Of a DNA stretch of 64,000 bases, positions 63,239 through 64,000 are shown piece by piece (positions within the stretch are counted from its first letter, which is position 1; each line of letters starts with the position of its first letter). The stretch is taken from positions 1 to 64,000 of IMG/VR virus record IMGVR_UViG_3300014613_000002; one strand, given 5' to 3'. Source of the DNA: a virus (taxonomy: Duplodnaviria; Caudoviricetes). A program made the translations under genes and the position numbers. The notes below the pieces were generated by a model, which searched no databases, had not been told where the DNA came from, and saw only the letters and a list, made by a program, of their open reading frames with translations.

Positions 63239-63535
63239 TTGAGTCAATTAAAGGAGGACCGAATGAAAGGTGCATTCCACCACTACCGTCCAACAGACGA
63301 TGAATTTATGCAAGCCCAAGAGCTTGCCGACAGTTGTGCCTCCGAGCACTTCTTCCCGTGCAAGGAAGCCGAGAATGACTGCGACTACTGCCCAACCAAG
63401 AGGGACTGCGATGAACTCTGGGACAATGTTGTGACCAACTACCCTGTCTTCAGCAGCTCCCTCACCAACGGCAGTTACCTAGAGACGATAAGGCAGAAGT
63501 TCGAGGAGTTTAGGGAGAGGAAGCGGCAGGGCTGA
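63239..63535 (+). CDS. Cys-rich hypothetical protein
   Basis: C..C.DCDYC...C; likely start 63263. Confidence 0.65.
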   Translation: MSQLKEDRMKGAFHHYRPTDDEFMQAQELADSCASEHFFPCKEAENDCDYCPTKRDCDELWDNVVTNYPVFSSSLTNGSYLETIRQKFEEFRERKRQG

Positions 63536-63536
63536 T

Positions 63537-63565
63537 TTGACAAAGACTTTAGTTTATGTTATATT
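63537..63565 (+). promoter_or_regulatory. sigma70 promoter, extended -10
   Basis: TTGACA-17-TGn-TATATT. Confidence 0.7.
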
Positions 63566-63586
63566 TGCATATTAGCACATATAACA

Positions 63587-63814
63587 ATGGGAAAGAAGAA
63601 GGGAAGACCAAAGAAAACTAAGAAACCAACCGCCTATGGTGGAACTAGAAGAATAATACGGTTGGGTGGTTCTCTGGCTATAACATTCCCTCCTGAGTTC
63701 ATTGCAGCGCATCATTTAAAAGAAGGTGATGACCTCCCTTACGCAGCTAATCACATAATTAAATATATTCCAATGCCTGAAGAACACTATGATGAATCTT
63801 CTGAAGAAAAGTAA
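63587..63814 (+). CDS. AbrB/MazE-type DNA-binding protein
   Basis: RRIIRLGGSLAITFPPEF...LKEGDDL. Confidence 0.8.
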   Translation: MGKKKGRPKKTKKPTAYGGTRRIIRLGGSLAITFPPEFIAAHHLKEGDDLPYAANHIIKYIPMPEEHYDESSEEK

Positions 63815-64000
63815 ATGAGAGGTATTTGTTTTGATTGCAGAGAAGAAGTGGACAGAATATGCCATCACCATCTGGATGGCAATCATGACAATGATGACCC
63901 GAGCAACATTATGCTGCTATGTAATCGTTGCCACTTAAGAAGGCATCATGCAGGTAAGGTTTCAAGTGAAGTTATTCTTGATGATGAAATAAGAGAGCAG
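63815..64000 (+). CDS. HNH endonuclease, 3' truncated by window end
   Basis: CFDC..HHHLDGNHDNDDPSNIMLLCNRCH. Confidence 0.85.
   Translation, partial: MRGICFDCREEVDRICHHHLDGNHDNDDPSNIMLLCNRCHLRRHHAGKVSSEVILDDEIREQ

Noticed and set aside
1-64000. CRISPR array, prompted by the Cas4-like gene
   Set aside because: No repeat-spacer array seen in any intergenic region; Cas4-like nucleases are common solo phage recombination genes.
1-64000. Archaeal host, based on ERCC4, LAGLIDADG and M54-like domains
   Set aside because: At least eight near-consensus sigma70 promoters, DnaN-like, YopX and LuxR-type genes argue for a bacterial host.
1-64000. Alternative genetic code
   Set aside because: Recognisable domains are intact under code 11 and all three stop codons end genes.

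Overview
The window looks like part of one large, tailless, probably membrane-containing jelly-roll-capsid bacteriophage genome. A bacterial host is indicated by near-perfect TTGACA-17-TATAAT promoters, strong AGGAGG ribosome-binding sites, a DnaN-like fragment and a LuxR-type HTH. Bases 1-21442 (+ strand) are an early region: Cas4-like exonuclease, AAA ATPase, clamp fragment, ERCC4 nuclease, two YopX proteins, a tyrosine recombinase and many small ORFs. Bases 21443-61879 (- strand) are a ~40 kb morphogenesis region: an FtsK/HerA (A32-like) packaging ATPase, two candidate single-jelly-roll major capsid proteins, 5 + 3 tandem vertex/spike paralogs, beta-helix spikes, a triple collar-domain fibre, many small membrane proteins, basic DNA-binding peptides and proteases of three catalytic classes. 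I saw no HK97 capsid, portal, terminase, tail tube or lysozyme, and no DNA polymerase or primase in this window. About 12 free-standing homing-type endonucleases take up roughly 13% of it. The most striking observations are: (1) a modular set of surface proteins in which a CarboxypepD_reg-type domain is split, with the missing last strands carried at the N-terminus of four other proteins (donor-strand complementation); (2) basic polyproteins punctuated by Asn-Pro every ~40-70 aa; (3) a ~500-nt structured RNA with three CCC-GAAA-GGG hairpins, plus several smaller structured RNAs; (4) endonuclease cassettes that replace the end of the gene they invade. All family assignments come from motif reading and recall; no database search or folding program was run.
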